Positions 13,100 to 27,464 are shown, numbered from the stretch's first letter. The stretch: 64,000 nt of DNA from Vicugna vicugna (GCA_013265495.1 MU058213.1:1674001-1738000), one strand, 5' to 3'. Notes: generated by a model not told the origin, from the letters alone. Made by a program: numbers and translations.

Positions 13100-13250
13100 C
13101 CTCTAAAACTCACACAAGTCTATAAGGTAAGAAGGGAGAAACTAAAGCTTGGTGATGTTGAGTCATTTGTCTGGGGACACAGCTGGTAAAGTGGCAAAAC
13201 CAACTTGAGTCTTTGTCTCTTTGGACCCTAAACCCATAGTCTCTTCATTG
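13100..13250 (-). mobile_element. MIR SINE fragment
   Basis: 'gagaaactaaagcttggtgatgttgagtcatttgtc...acacagctggtaaagtggc'. Confidence 0.55.
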
Positions 13251-14049
13251 CAATACATTAAACTACCTTCTTATCACATTGGAAGTTGTATCATATATTT
13301 CTAGAATCATATGTCTTATAAATTATAAATAGTACTTACAGTAAAAATAGACTCAGGGTGTATTTATGCCTACATTTCCATTGCATTTTTTATGCATACA
13401 GTTATGTTGTAGACAGACTCCTGGGCTGATGCCACCTAAAGAACCCATAACATGTAGGGAAGAGGTTGCAAGTAGGGCGGGGCAGCAGGAGTAATTGTGC
13501 AATTTTGTCATCGCCAAGAGTAGGGATGTAAATGATATCCCTCCTTCAGATACACAACTCCCACCTGGATATTGCTTGCTGAAGAATTTTTTTCTTCCAG
13601 AATATTCAGTGTTGTGAGGACATTCTGCTGAGGAAATGAAATATAATACTTAGAGTCTACCAGGGCCTCCATGGGTGACCCACAGAGCTCTGACACACAG
13701 GTAGCCTGGGGTATGTGGAGAGAGTGTCACTCTGATTTGAACCCCACAGACACTACATTGGATGTAAAGGCAACAGAGATGACTATGGGAACCCTAAGGC
13801 TGCAGCCTGGCTAGAGTGCAGAGACCTGAGTATGGAACACAAGCTTGAGTCTTAGGACAGAATTCTAATGGGTTCTTGGCCAGAACTCTCAAATGAGGAA
13901 CCACAGATTATGCTCTCTTTCTTTAAGACATTTGAATATTCCTGTGGTTGCTTGAAAGACCATTTAATTCCTTCTTAATATTAATATACTCTTTTATAAA
14001 GAGTTTTGGAAAATTACCTAAGTAGAGTGAAAGAGAAATACAATCTCAA

Positions 14050-14200
14050 TCCACTAACTGAACATGTAACCTTGGGCAAGTTACTTAACCTCTCTGAGAG
14101 TTTCCACAAAATGAGTGGATGAGGCTGTGTGTGCACTAGAGTTCTGTTCCTGTGAAAAATTATGTGATCAAAACACTGGGGATTCACCATGGTGATATTT
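14050..14200 (+). mobile_element. MIR SINE
   Basis: 'gtaaccttgggcaagttacttaacctctctgag' core match. Confidence 0.75.
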
Positions 14201-14419
14201 AGTTCTTCACATTCTTGCATGTCACATCCATCCAACTCCTAATCATACTTCACTCTTCATGATGAGGTCACAGTCCAGGAAATGGTGCCTCCTTAAAGAA
14301 AGTGCAGATATACCAATATGACAGGACAGCCTCGAGGGGCCATTCTCATAGAGTGGTCTTTTTTCTCTCCACACACTCCTAGCAGCTCAGTTTCCATATA
14401 ATAACACGAACAAAAGCTC

Positions 14420-14645
14420 CCATTTTTGAGCACTTGCTCTGTGTGTCTGCGCTTAGCATGAATGGTATTTTGTCAGTCTCCCAACCTGCCCTGTGAGTCT
14501 GTTCTCATCCCAATGTGCAGATGAGGAAACAAGGACAGAGAAGCAAAGTGACTGTCCACTTTGACAGAGCTGGTAAGAGGCAAAATCTGGATTGGAGCCC
14601 CAGCCTGCCTGATTCCTGGTCTGTGACTTCCTCTCCCCAGCACTG
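14420..14645 (-). mobile_element. MIR SINE
   Basis: 'catttttgagcacttgc', 'cccaatgtgcagatgaggaaacaagg'. Confidence 0.7.
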
Positions 14646-16364
14646 CCTCCTAGTGGAGGGCTCCTGTACACCAGTTCTGATTTCAGTAACTCTAGACATT
14701 AAACTAATGTGTTCATTTTACTCTACAGAACCTAGTGTGAAAATACTCACTGTTCTGTTTAATAGAGAGCTAATTTAAAAAGCAAACCTCTGGTTTTCCT
14801 CTCTGGAGTGCTAATGAGTTGCAAATCTGGGATGGAGTATGCACAGCCCCGGCTGTGACTAGACCTCACCAGTGATGGGTCCCTCCCAGCTACTTGTCCT
14901 ATTCCTTATTGCCCTATTGATTGGCCTCTTTCATTTACAAAGAAGGCCACACTTGAACAAGATAAATGGCTGTGTGTCTGCCTTGATCCCCTTCCTTCCT
15001 GCTAATGAGGGGAAAAAACCTTAAATACTGGGTTTGGGGGTCAGTGGGTAGACACACCTTCCAATACACAAAAACGGGGAGTCACGATCAACAGAGAAGA
15101 GGCAAAAACAAATCTCAAGCAGCTCCCTCCTCTTCCTTTGCCTGCAGTTAAGGAAACACCTCCCTTATGGTGGATCTTACCGCTTTTATAGGCCAAATGG
15201 ATTTCTCAGTTTGTAGAGAAAGGTAGACAGCTACATTGCTTGCCTGACTTTTTGTTAAAATTAGCAGACTGGCAAGTCAAAAGAGTACTACAGGGCATAT
15301 TCCTTGTTGAATAAAAGAAAGTATTCCCCTAGAACAGACCATCTCTTTCTTCTTTATCAACCTTCTGTTTTTGAAAATGTCTATTAGGGTCTTCAGAACA
15401 TACAAGGGAAATTGGCCTCTTTCCTCTGCAGGGCTCTGCGCAGCATTTGGCACGTGCAGCTCAGAGATGAAGGTTAACTCACCTGTAATAACCCCCAAAA
15501 TAACATGCGCAATGTGCTGATGAGGGTTTACATACAGCAAAGAAGAGATGCTTTTAAGGGATGATGGGAATCAGTCCCTTCACAAACAGCATGTGCAGCA
15601 GAAGCAGCTAAGATCATTACACAAATTTCAGAAGAGGCTGCAAGCTGGCCCTTATCCCAGGCAGTAAGTCCACTTTCCATTTTGTGTTGAGTTAGTCTTT
15701 GCTTGGGCACCATGACTAAATACCTCAGATGAACCTGTTCTTCACTGACACACATTTTGGAAACTAGATTCAGCCCCTTTTGGCTCTGGCAAATTCAGAG
15801 GCTGCTTCCAGCTAACCACATGTTTCCATGGTCAGTGCCAATCAGGTGGACAGAATCCGTTTTTCCAGTGCATCCCACCCGTGTGCACTCAGTTTTTAAT
15901 CCATGCATCCCCACAGAATAAGCTCCTTTAACTGTTTACAAACCACACACTCTGAATAGATGTGAAAATCAGCATTGATTTTTATTTTAAGCTTAGAATG
16001 GGTTCACTTGCTCTTTCTGAAGCAGATGCTGCCAGTAATTACACTTGTGGCAGAACCGTGCCAAGTGTTCCAGATCAACCAAGGCATCTGAAATAGTGAG
16101 AAATCATCTAGAATGGAAGTGAGCAGTTTATTTCTCCTCCACTCTTTAGTACAGGTTTCAGCATTTACCACTGGCTTTCTACACCTCGATAGTAACGCAC
16201 ATAACATAGAGAGTTCCCTCTGTACTTTCTTTTCTTTATAAAATATTTGACTATAGTACCAATACTAATGACTTTTGAGAGCACTTTTCAGCAAATGAAA
16301 TATATATCTGCATATATTTTTTCATATACAAAGAAATTATACAGGATTTTTTTTTAACAATCTT

Positions 16365-16520
16365 GCGAGGTAGAGACTTATTCTTTTCTCCCTACTTGCA
16401 GAAAGGAAAACTGAGGTCCGGAGAGGTTGAGTGATTTACCCAAGGCCACACAGATAGAAAAGGGCAGACCTGAAACATGAAGTCAGGCCACTTAATTTCA
16501 GAGTCAGGGCTTTTTCCATT
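16365..16520 (-). mobile_element. MIR SINE
   Basis: 'ggaaaactgaggtccggagaggttgagtgatttacccaaggccacacag'. Confidence 0.8.
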
Positions 16521-17924
16521 ATTCTATGCTGCCTCCTGATAATGCCTTTCCTGGAAGGAATTTTTGCCTCTAAAACCCTGTAATGGCCTTTTCAACATGC
16601 TGAAGCCCAAGTCTAGGGGCATATACCACCCAGGCCACGTCCACAAAGAGCAGACAGTCATAGAGGGATGCAGAGCATACAAACGGCTGCTCGAAAGCCC
16701 AGCCATCAATATGGATTACTGCACAGCTGATGGTGTCCAAGGAGAGCTGCATCAATTTAGCAACAGGCAGTGATGAACAGTGTGAGCTCTGCCGCCGTCC
16801 ATTTTGCACCCACTTTGAGATGGGCAAACATGCCACTTGAAAAATAGTGGGGTGCACAACCCAAGCAGCTCCCCCACAGCACACCCAAAGTTTCATTCTG
16901 GTCTGTTCTATTGTGGCTCTGTGAGAGGGTCTGGACAAGGCTCAGATCACTATCACAGCCCTTTGGAAGGGGATGTGACTGAGCAGACCAGGCACAGCAA
17001 GGGCCATCCTGTATTGACGAGTCCTGAACCTTCCTGCTCTCTGTCCTTCGCCTTCCCATCCCCCACAGCTGCTGCGGAGCTGACAATAAAAAATGATGCC
17101 CTAGGCTGTCCTGTTTTTATTATTAGTTATATGGCATCATAAATGTACATAGAGATGTTCAGTAAATGAAATTGTGCCAAACACCAAACAGGGCCACTGC
17201 CCCAAAGATCTTTTGGCCTTAGGGCAATTGCAGAACAATCTAAGAGGAACAAAGGGAGCTGAGAGCCAGATGAGGTGGGGTTTTAGTCCTGTTTGGCCTT
17301 TCAGAGTGGGAGGAACAGGCAGTGGGGCAGGCTGATGGAGAGGTGCAGCATGCAAAATGCATCGTGGCCACAAAGCGACTTTGAGGCCAGCAGCCCAGGC
17401 TCCCAGGAACAGGCTGGGGATAATTTCAAAAAGTCAAGGGAATCAAGCTCTTCTGTTATTTAATAAGATAAATACAAGAAGGGTAGAAGAGGTGAAATTA
17501 TTTGCTTTTGATCAGGAGCAATCTGACTTTTTGAGGAGATGGGTAAGCTGTGGGCTTGCCCTCTTTGTAAATGTCCCTTTGGATTCCACACAGTATTAAA
17601 TTGCACAGACTTCTCCAGCAGATGCAATGCGTAAATATAGGACAATAACTGGAAATTTATGAGGTTAAATACTGAGGAATTGCTGAGTAGTAAAATGAAG
17701 AGACATAAATTACAGGAAATGCTGCCCTTCAATGAATACATTATGCATAATAATGAAACTTTTAAAAGGCAACAGTAACCAAATATCAGAAAAGGGTCTG
17801 AAAGGAGAAAAGCCAAATAAAAAACTAGGACTAGGGCAGTCCAAAGTCAGAGCTGCTTTGTCACTGTTAAATGGTCACATCAGTTCCCTTAGATTTTTGT
17901 GGCTCTTTGTCCTCAGAAAGGTGA

Positions 17925-18115
17925 GGTGATTTGGTATGGTGAAGAGTATGGGGAATAAGGTCTGAGGAAATACTGTTCCTCACTGCCCACATGACCTAGG
18001 CTAAATTAATTAATCTCTATGAGCCCCAGTTTCCCCATTTTATAGAATTACTGTGAGAACTGAAAAGGACAAACATGTAAACCGCTTAGCTGAGCATATA
18101 GGAATGTTTAAAAAT
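17925..18115 (+). mobile_element. MIR SINE
   Basis: 'atgacctaggctaaattaattaatctctatgagccccagtttccccatttt'. Confidence 0.65.
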
Positions 18116-18149
18116 ATGAATTCCTTCTATGACCTATATCAAATAATAA

Positions 18150-19165
18150 CCAAGCGTTAACAAAATACAGGGAAGAAAGATGAGTTCTGGCCAGAGAGAC
18201 TGGGAAAGACTTCTTAGGTGGGGAAGCATCTGAAAACTAGGTTAAGTTTTGATGAAGAAGGGCATGAATCAAGGCAAGAGAGAGAGAAAGGACACGGAGG
18301 TTCTGGGACTGGAAGGAAAAGGGAATAGAGGGGAGTAAGCAAGATGGGCATGGGCCCAAATCCCAGAGTGTCTTCACTGGCATGCTACAGCATCTGGCCG
18401 TTGTTCTATAGGCACTGGGGAGATATCAGAGGAATCAGGACAAGGGATGACACGATCAGAGAGTATTTCAGGAAGATGACTGGCACAGTATGAAAACTGT
18501 ATTGGAGTAGGGAGAGACCAGAAGCAGGGTGGCCACCTGGAAGGTGTGGCAGTAGTCCAGGCAAACACTAATGAGGACCTGAGTTAGGACAGGGACAGTG
18601 GCAGTGGAAACAAAGGCACAAATGTGGGGCCGTGAGGAGGCCGATGTGGCAGAGGTTGACTACTGATAGGTTGTGCGGTAAAGGACAGCAAGGAGCCTAA
18701 GAAGGCTCTGAGCTCCCAAGTTTGGGGACCAGGAATTTAGTGATGTCATTAACAAAAATGAGGATGGGGGAAAATCAGTATAAGTGACTTAATTTTAGAT
18801 TTATTGAGTCTAGGGTATCCACAGCATTCCCAAGAAGGACTGTTGAAGGGGCTACTGGCCATGCAGGCCTGTGACTTGAGTCTGGACTAACACTCAGATT
18901 TAGGATCATTGACACTATAGTCCAAGTTGAAGCCATAGCAGTGATCAGGTCTAGCAAGGGAGAGAGACCAGGGAGGAGAAGGCAGGGCAAATGCTGGAAA
19001 ATGTGTCTGTTTGGGGGCAGGAAAAGGAAGCTGCAAAGGAGGTGGAGACAGGTGAGAGAGACAGGGCCAAGGAGGCCATTTCTAGGGGACAGAACTAACA
19101 ACAGTGTCAACAATCAGGAGAGCTGAGGTGGGTGAGAGCTGAGAAGAAGCCATAGGTCTCGGTGA
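18150..19165 (-). mobile_element. L2 LINE fragment
   Basis: Purine-rich antisense L2 motifs 'gcagtagtccaggc', 'gaccagaagcaggg', 'gatgtcattaacaaaaatgagg'. Confidence 0.7.
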
Positions 19166-19629
19166 CCTTAGTAACTAGGATTTATTCCCTGCCTTCTTTC
19201 AAAAGGCATTGGAAGAAACTTAAAAGATTAGAACACAACACACTTCAAACAGTACAAGTGAAATAGATGTTTTAAGAAGCCAACTAGAAGGAGGTGCTGG
19301 GGGTGGGTAAGTGCTGCAGCTGAGCACTAAATTTAGCACTGAATTCCTTGGCACAGAGATTTTGAGGTCGTGGTATACCTTTAAGGGTTGGGTTTCATCA
19401 GGGATAGGAGACACACCAGGTATAATGCAAAAGGATGTGGGGCAAGGCAGTGAGGAAGGAAGGGGAAGAGCAAGTCCAGACAACCTTAAAGAGTGGTTTT
19501 GTGGTGCAGAGAAGGAGAAAGGAGGACAATGTTGGGGGCTAAAACCAGAACAGTTACTGCTTTCTTTTAACTGGAGCCCTTGGTTATTTTTTAAAAGAAA
19601 AAGGGGTTATAGGAAACTGAGGAATAACA

Positions 19630-19830
19630 GAAATGACAGTTATTAGAACATTTTCTGTGTGTTGGGCATTTTGCATCTATTGATATTTTTCAATTTTCAA
19701 ACAACCCTTGAGGGTAGTTTAAGTATGAGGCTCAAGAAAGTTAAGTGACTTGCTCTACATCCAGTAGCAGAGTCAGAAAAGGAGTCCAGAAACATCTCAC
19801 TTGAAAATCTATCTTCCTTCCCTGATACCA
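19630..19830 (-). mobile_element. MIR SINE
   Basis: 'acaacccttgagggtag...tgaggctcaagaaagttaagtgacttgctc'. Confidence 0.65.
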
Positions 19831-20004
19831 CATTCACTCTCATAGCAGAAGACAGCTCGTCAGGGATGAAGACATGAATTGGGCTGCTTCTCCGTTAAGT
19901 TCCCCAAATGATTCTTGCTGTGGTTCCAAGTGCTTATCAGCATGGCTTTGTCTCAAACAATCTACACATGTGCATCTCTAATGGATATTTTTGTCACTCA
20001 AAAA

Positions 20005-20140
20005 GTATTATGTAGAAGAAGGGTTAGACTTGTTCTGAAAGTTTAACAGATAGACCTTAGACTAACAGATGGCACTAAAAGAGGACAGATTGTAGCTGAA
20101 CACAGTATTGGCTTGCTGACAGAGTAGCCCATAAATGTGA
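20005..20140 (+). mobile_element. L3/CR1 LINE 3' fragment
   Basis: 'tgtagaagaagggttagacttgttctg...gaggacagatt' resembles L3 3' region. Confidence 0.5.
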
Positions 20141-20539
20141 AGGTGTGAAAGAAAAATCACAAATAGGGACATTTTATGTGACCAGAAATGAGGCAAACTA
20201 TAATAGGTAATATTGCACTCCCATTATACAGATGAGAAAACTGACCTACGGTGCTTAAGTTACTTGCCAACAATGGAGCAAGGATTTTCCTCAGTTTGTC
20301 TGAAGTTCCTGGCAGGTGAAGGAAACAGGGTAAGTGAGATGGGGAAGAACATCTGTTGCATATCAGTAAGTTTTCTCCCATCCCATACCTGAATTCTAAC
20401 ATGTAAACAAAATGGGACAAAAGACAAATGGGGAAGGGTAACTTTCTCTACTTTTTCACAGTAGTCCTTCCTCTAAGAAATTGTGTGCAGTACCTTTGAA
20501 CCAAGACCTAATTCATTTCACCTGTGTATTTCTTTATGA

Positions 20540-21130
20540 TAATTCATTTACTTAATTACTCACCTGACAAACATTTATCACGTATCCCACATTCTAAAAA
20601 TGATGCTAAGCCTTGGAGATACGGTGATGACTAAGACAAGATCCCTGCCCTCAAAAGGGCTCCCAGTTCTAACAAGAGGAAGCTAGACAAACCAAAGGTA
20701 ATCATCACAAATCAGACTGTGATAAGTTACCCTAACAGAGGTGGGCACAAAGTGTTATGAGATTTGAAGAAGGGAATAAGAAATAATTTTTAATGGAAGT
20801 GGAGGACCTGAAAAGACTTCATAAAAACAAAACCACAAAAAAACCTGTTTTGAAAACTAGACCACATTTCAACGGAGACAGGAAGGAAGGGTCTAAACTA
20901 AGGTCTTGATAATTAAAAAGCAAAGAGTGTGCTGAGAAGCTGAAAGTAAAGATACTCAAATAGGGGTGGAGGGAGGTAAGGCTGGAAAGTCATGCCAGAA
21001 CTGAAATCTTGAGTATGGTGGATTTTAACTTGACTTGGAGGACAGCAGGAGGTATTAATGATACCCCATAGACTAAGAGATTTATGGACTGACAAACAGC
21101 ATACAGATGAAAGGCAAGGCAGGAAGCACA
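20540..21130 (-). mobile_element. L2 LINE 3' end
   Basis: 'attcatttac...acaaacatttat...ggagatacggtgatgactaagacaagatccctgccctcaa'. Confidence 0.7.
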
Positions 21131-21159
21131 GTCAGGAGGCCTCAGTACCTTGGAGCAGA

Positions 21160-21390
21160 GTGAGCATTTATACAGCCTTGGGAGTCAGCCACACCCCCTC
21201 AGAATCCTGACTTCCTCTGCTGGTTCTGCAGCTGTGAGCAAGTCATTCCTTCTCTCTGGCCCTCAGTTTTTTCACCTGTAAAATGGGAAAAAATTATACC
21301 TGCTTTGTAAGTTTGTGGGGAGGACTGAATGAAATACTGTGCATAAATCTTAGTAGATAATAAACATTGATAAATGGTAGCAAAACCAGA
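21160..21390 (+). mobile_element. MIR SINE
   Basis: 'gcaagtcattcct...cctcagtttttcacctgtaaaatggg'. Confidence 0.8.
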
Positions 21391-23419
21391 ATTAGGAATA
21401 GCCCACTGAATTGATGTGTCTGACTCACACATCAATTCCTCTGGAAAACCTGTAAACCTGCTTTGGGCCTGGGTTTTCACCATCTCCCTCATGCTTGATG
21501 TACTCTGAAGAAAGCCACCATCACATCAGAAAATTCCACTTCTGTTTTGCCACGGTGAGCATCAGGGCACTGCATGTTTCTGGCATTGGCCTTTCTCTAT
21601 GGACTCTCTTTGAACTTTTCCCCAACAAGGACCGCACCACACAGCCTCGATGGTTACACGGGACTGATCTCAAGGCCTTGTCCAAGGCCTAAAACAAACT
21701 CTGGGCTAGAGGAACAGCAGTTAGCTGCTCTGTGTCTCCAGCAAAAATAATGGGAAGGAAACCACCTCAAGTGACTGTCCATGAGTTGACCTGAGACACA
21801 CTGACCAAGGTGCCATTCCGTTGAGAGAGACATAGTGACACTTCTGTGAGGTCATGCCTTTTTCAGATTTGATGTGGCTCCTAAATGCACATCACAGCCT
21901 GTTACCTGTGCTTTCCTTCATATTCTGTGATTGTGTGTTCAGTAAATAGCACGGAGACTGTAAAGACTTTGTTGTGAAATCAAGGAACATTAACTCATTA
22001 AGTCAATAATTCATGGACTCTTTTATCTAAAGTGGCAACATCACACCATCAATTCACAAAACAGCCACTTCTCTGAAGTGTATGTGATGATAATAATGGA
22101 TTTTCTAACAATACCCTCTCAAAGCAAGGTCACTGCACCCAGATGCTGTGGACATGCTGATCTGACCTAGGTCAGCAAAACAAGCTTTATTATTGAACCT
22201 AATTATGAACTATCAAGATAATGGTCTAGACTAAACTGTTTCCTAGGGGATTATTTAGAAACTAGTAAGCCATTTTAGTTTTAAATCTACTCTACTTGGC
22301 AGTACCTGTGATCATGCAGGAAATGTGTTTGCTTTGTAGAATGGGCTACAATTGGTACAAATTCTTTGGAATTTTAGGAATATCAGTGACATTATACAGT
22401 GTTGTACTGTACTTATACATAATTTTCAGGTCACTGTCTATACTGTTATATACCCATCTTATAAACAAATAGCTGTATATGTATAGCTTAGATTATCAAA
22501 GCTCATAATGAAGTATGCAATTCTGAGTATTTCTGGTCAGTTCTGTAATGTGACACACAGGGACACATGGTTTGTTGCCCTAGCAAACTGTAAAGGTATT
22601 TCTGATATTTATTGAGAGGTTTTCTCCTGCCCTCAGATTGGAGGTTATTGTGTATTTTTAATTCAGATTCACAGACTAAAATTCACGATTGTCTGACACT
22701 GGTTAATACATCTATACCGGCTTACTTCTGCATTAAGAGTTAGTGTCACCAAAGGATATTTAAGCAAGGACCCACAGTTTTGGTGGGCTTTCCAATTTGG
22801 GATTCTCTCTCTCTCTCTCTCTGATAACATTAACACTGGGGGTGACCTTCTGGGAGGAGGAGCCAAGGAACACAATATTTCCTGGATTGCAAACTTACCA
22901 GCAGATTTTTAATCAGCTTTGGGGGAAAAATCCCAATTAACAGTAGGCAGTGATTGTAAGATAAACTGCCAAGTCAGAAATGTTAAATTGAGAAAAAAAA
23001 TGCACTTTAGAATTGAGGAAATAAGATACATTCTGTTTGCCTGGTGACATCCTGGTAAAACTATTCATCTCATGTGAATGAAGACTGTGTTTTCAGGTTT
23101 AACAACAATACCATTATCAATGAAGCCAGTATTTCGTGATTTCAGCCCAACATTTAGATCTCCTCAACAATTGAATAAAACACTTCAAAGTCATTCCAAG
23201 CCATCCTTGATGATGTGCATACAGGTATATGGTGTATATCTTTTTTTGCCTTTTTGGCATTTTAAATGCAAGTCTGAGAGGTTACCTGAGAAAAAATTTC
23301 ACACATTGTTACAACTAAGAGCAGTGTCAACCTATAGAGCTTCTGCTCCATAATTTTTGCATGGAATTTTCCAGTCATTGTAATATCTTTGAATTTCTAA
23401 AAATTGGAAGAAGGCAAGC

Positions 23420-23655
23420 AGTGTGGTAGTTGATAATAAAGTCTCTTTAATCAGAGTGATGGATTTGTATCCTGCCTTTCCCACTTCCTTGAAATGATTG
23501 TAGACAAGTTGCTTTAACACCTGTAAGCCTCAGTACTCTCAGCTCTAAAATGGTGAGAGTCAGAGTCCCTATATTACAGGCTGGTTGGGAAGATAAAGTA
23601 ATATCCATATAGTACCTGGTACTTAGTAAGCACTGCTAAATAGAAATTATCATTC
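23420..23655 (+). mobile_element. MIR SINE
   Basis: 'gacaagttgctttaac...gcctcagtactctcagctctaaaatgg...tacttagtaagcac'. Confidence 0.7.
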
Positions 23656-25449
23656 TTCAATACAAATTGCCTGAAATGACCATTTATAGGACTTTTCTCT
23701 TGGCTTGTTTTTAAATTTTTCTTCCTTGATCTAGGAGCAGGGTTCCCACTATAGTTATCTTCTCCTTTCAGTCATAGCAGCTTAAAGCTTATGAAGCTGG
23801 ATGTTGCTCAGACTGCAAGTTTTTTTTTTTTCCACCTTGCCTTTTTTTTTTCTTCTTCTCTGTATTTCCAACTTTTTTTTTTTGCAATAAATATATTATT
23901 GAATAATTGTGACAGGGGTTAGGAAACAAAACTCTCTCTTCCCATGCATACATACACCCTCACCCCAAATTTAGAGCTATTTCAGTGACAGTGACAGTGA
24001 TTCTGCTGAATTTGGTCAATACATTTGCCCAAAATAAATAAATAGATTAAAAACTGACCAGTGGACATATGTAGAAAAAGAGTTTGTTAAAATATTTGCT
24101 TGCCAGGCATATTATTTTTTCCTATCTCATGCCACTTGTTTTTTTCATTTCATTTGATTTTGAAATTTAACAGCAGTAAATTTGGTACAGGAAAAAAATG
24201 TTAATAACTTCCACAAGAACTCAAATAATGACCCCACCTAAAGTCTTGGCCCCTGCTCAGTTCATAATGAAATGGTTTACATAATTAGTACATTTACTAT
24301 AGATGCTAGCCACAGAGGTAGTTAAATTATATTACTTGTGTTGAGAGAGGGAAAAAATCATATTTAAGTGAAACCATTTCATTGATATTCTACTCTAATT
24401 TTAAAAGGATAAAATTAATATCTGAAACTTTAAGTTAGTACAGATATGCCTATGTTTCTGTTTATAACGTGAAATAATTTTGCTATATTCTTTTTATTCC
24501 CTGTATCTGAGTTTTCAACAATAATGATAAAAATAACAATTGCTGTTGAAAAATGTCAATTTACTTAATGGTTGGGAATTCTTTTTTAACTTCAAGTAAT
24601 CTTCTTATGACTCAATTAATATAAAAAGACCCAGGATCAAGAGAGAACTCTTAATAAATGGGCTTCCCCCAAATAAACAGATGTTCCTACATTAAGAACT
24701 AATCAACCCTGCTGGAGTTAATCACCAAATTCCAAAATAGTGCCAGACCATAATTAGCCACTTGATTCTGTGAGAGACCCATTACGGTGAGGGTGCAGGG
24801 TTTGATTAGCACCACTTCACTCAGAAGGCAGCTTCCAGGCTGCACTTAAACAACTAATCTGCACCATCACTCTTGGCTTTGGTGGCAGTTGGCCACGTAT
24901 AAGGGCTGCAGCATGGAGAAGATTAATTACTCTTACACGTAACTCACTAGGGCCCAGGGCCCTGAAGGTTGATAACAAGGCTGTGCAAGATTGATTCCTG
25001 GTGGCTCTGGCAAGAGAGGTTTGGGCTTCTGTAGTGCCGTTGTCAAAATGGCGTGATGAGGTGGAGCCAAGGAGAGCTCTGAGAACCACACAGGTGCCTA
25101 AGACTACCAACCCACAGGCACAAATTCCTTCCCTGAAAATTTCTTAGTTCTCACCTCCTGTGCTTCTGGCTGAAGCTCTGGACTTTTTTCTTCTATGACT
25201 TGTGAATCACTTTGGAAAGGAGTTCATCTTTCCCATCAGCCAAAGTAGGTGGAGACCATTTAGAATATTAATTATAATTGTCCCTTGTAGCTGGTGTTTA
25301 AAAGCACCAAGAGTGAATGAATGAATTAATAAGTGAACAAATGAATGAATTAAATGCATAAAATGCTTGTAATTTACAGGAGTTACATATATTAACTCAG
25401 CTGAGCCTTTTTGCTCGATGAGTTTGGTATGTATCTTCACTTTTAAAGG

Positions 25450-26217
25450 TAAACTCCTATTTCTTTTACTCTCAACACATCTGACACCAAATATGTGAGT
25501 TTTCCACACTAAGTAATGCTGACACTAACTACTTGGAGTTAGTGCAGATCTCACAGCACAATGCTCAGTCCCACAAGGCTACTCCACTTCAGATGCCAAT
25601 TGCAAGTCCCAGGCTATCACTTGTGCTTCTGACCAACTAGCTAAAAATCAAGGGTTCTCATGCCCCCTTCCTTGGGTTTAATAATTTGCTGGAATGACAC
25701 AGAGAACTCAGGAAAGCTCTTTATGTCCTGTTACTGGTTTATGATAAAGAATATAACTCAGAACCAACCAAATGGAAGGAATGCATAGGGAAATGTTGTA
25801 GGAACGTGCTCAGAAATTCCACATTCTCTTCAAGCATACCACCCTCCCAGCACCTTGATGTGTTCACCAGCATGAAAGCTCTCCAGACCCTATCATTTAG
25901 GGTTTTTATGAAGGCTGTATTACATAGGTGTGATTGACTAAATCACTGGCCATTGGTGAACAATGTCAATCCTTAGTTCTTCTCCTCTCCCCAGAGGTCT
26001 GGTGGTAAGACTGAAAGTTACAACTCTCTTAACAATGGTTGGTTCCTCTGGCAATCAGCCTCCATTCTCTAAGAGCCATCTAATTTGCATAAACTCAAGT
26101 ATGGGGAAAGGGGCTCTTGATGAATATGAAAGATGCTTTTCTCACTCCTACCACTGAGGAAGCTACAAGGATTTTAGAACTCTGTGCCAGGACTCAGGAC
26201 ACAGACCAAATATCACA
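25450..26217 (-). mobile_element. MER21-family ERVL solo LTR inserted into a MIR
   Basis: 'tctgacacc', 'ctgacactaactac...agttagtgcagatctcaca', 'agaactcaggaaa', ends 'gaccaaatatcaca'; MIR halves at about 25360-25450 and 26218-26350. Confidence 0.8.
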
Positions 26218-26859
26218 GCTTTGAAGGTGGGAAGACTAAAATTCCAAGCAGTGCAATGACTTGCTCAGACACATGTTGATTGGATGTAGCAAAGCCAAGT
26301 TTAAAACCCAGAAATTTTAAATACTAATCTGATGCTCTTTCTATTCTACCAGAGAGGCTGGCAGAGAAGACCTGGATTGAGGGCAGCAAAGAGGATTAAG
26401 ATGAAGAAAAAGGAGAATGGCAGAGGAAAGTGAGATGAAGAAGCAGGTGAGGTGTTTCTCTGCTTGACTTTATATATAATGTGTAATGAAAATATAGTAA
26501 GACAGATTTTAAATCAAACACTGGCAAGTCCACTTGTTAATGTGTGGGGGGTTCCCTTCAGAATGATCACCCTGGGAAGAGGAGAAGATCACGGTTGAAT
26601 CTGTGTGTCAGACGAGGAAGGCAGCCTGTGATCTTCAAGAGAGTTTGGCCATATGCCTTCTGACTGCCAGTCTGCTATGGCTTCTGAGGGACTACAGAGT
26701 TGCTGGGGGAACCCTTCACAAGACCATGACTACTAAGGCATTCTGTCACTTTTATGACACAACTTCTATCCTTCTTTTTGAACTTGTGGTGTACATTTTT
26801 GACAATCTTCCTGACCAGATAGAGCATTTTGACAAAATGCTACTTCTTAAAATTCGTGA

Positions 26860-27120
26860 ATAGTCCTGTGAAGTATGGACATATTATTTTTATTGCCACT
26901 TTATAGGTCATAAAATGAGGTGCAGAGAAGCTAAATAGCTTGTCCAAGATCGCAAAGCTAACAATAGATAGGGTAATGGTTTAATTTACTGATTCGCTGA
27001 TGCAATGAGTAAATATGATATGAGTACCTTCTATACACCAGACCCTATTTTGGGGGATATAGCAGTACACAAGACCAGCAAAGTCCTTGCCCTCATGGAG
27101 CGTACATTTCAAACTTCTCA
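26860..27120 (-). mobile_element. MIR fragment plus L2 3' fragment
   Basis: 'aaatgaggtgcagagaagctaaatagcttgtccaagatc'; 'ggggatatagcagtacacaagac...gtccttgccctcatggagc'. Confidence 0.65.
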
Positions 27121-27464
27121 TGATAAATCCAGTGTTCTTCCTGAGAGCCGCAACTGCTTAGAGCTCTAGGACTTCATTCCAGGGCATAAATTCTCTCCGT
27201 GGTGTACCTGTCTCCAGACGTGTTCTCTCCATTCTTTCCTCTTTCTCTTGGAAGAAAGGCTTCCTTCCATCTGTGTTCATGGGATTTGGAGACTGATCTT
27301 ATCCCTCTTGAATTGGTCCTTGACCAGTGACTTAGCAGCTGCCCATGGCAGCAGCCTGAGGCACATCTCCCTGTGTATAGGAGTTGGCACTGAGTGTGCC
27401 GTCCATCCAGGCCAGGTGTGACCCTGCATGATAATCAAGACCACAGATCCCTTTCCACAATATC

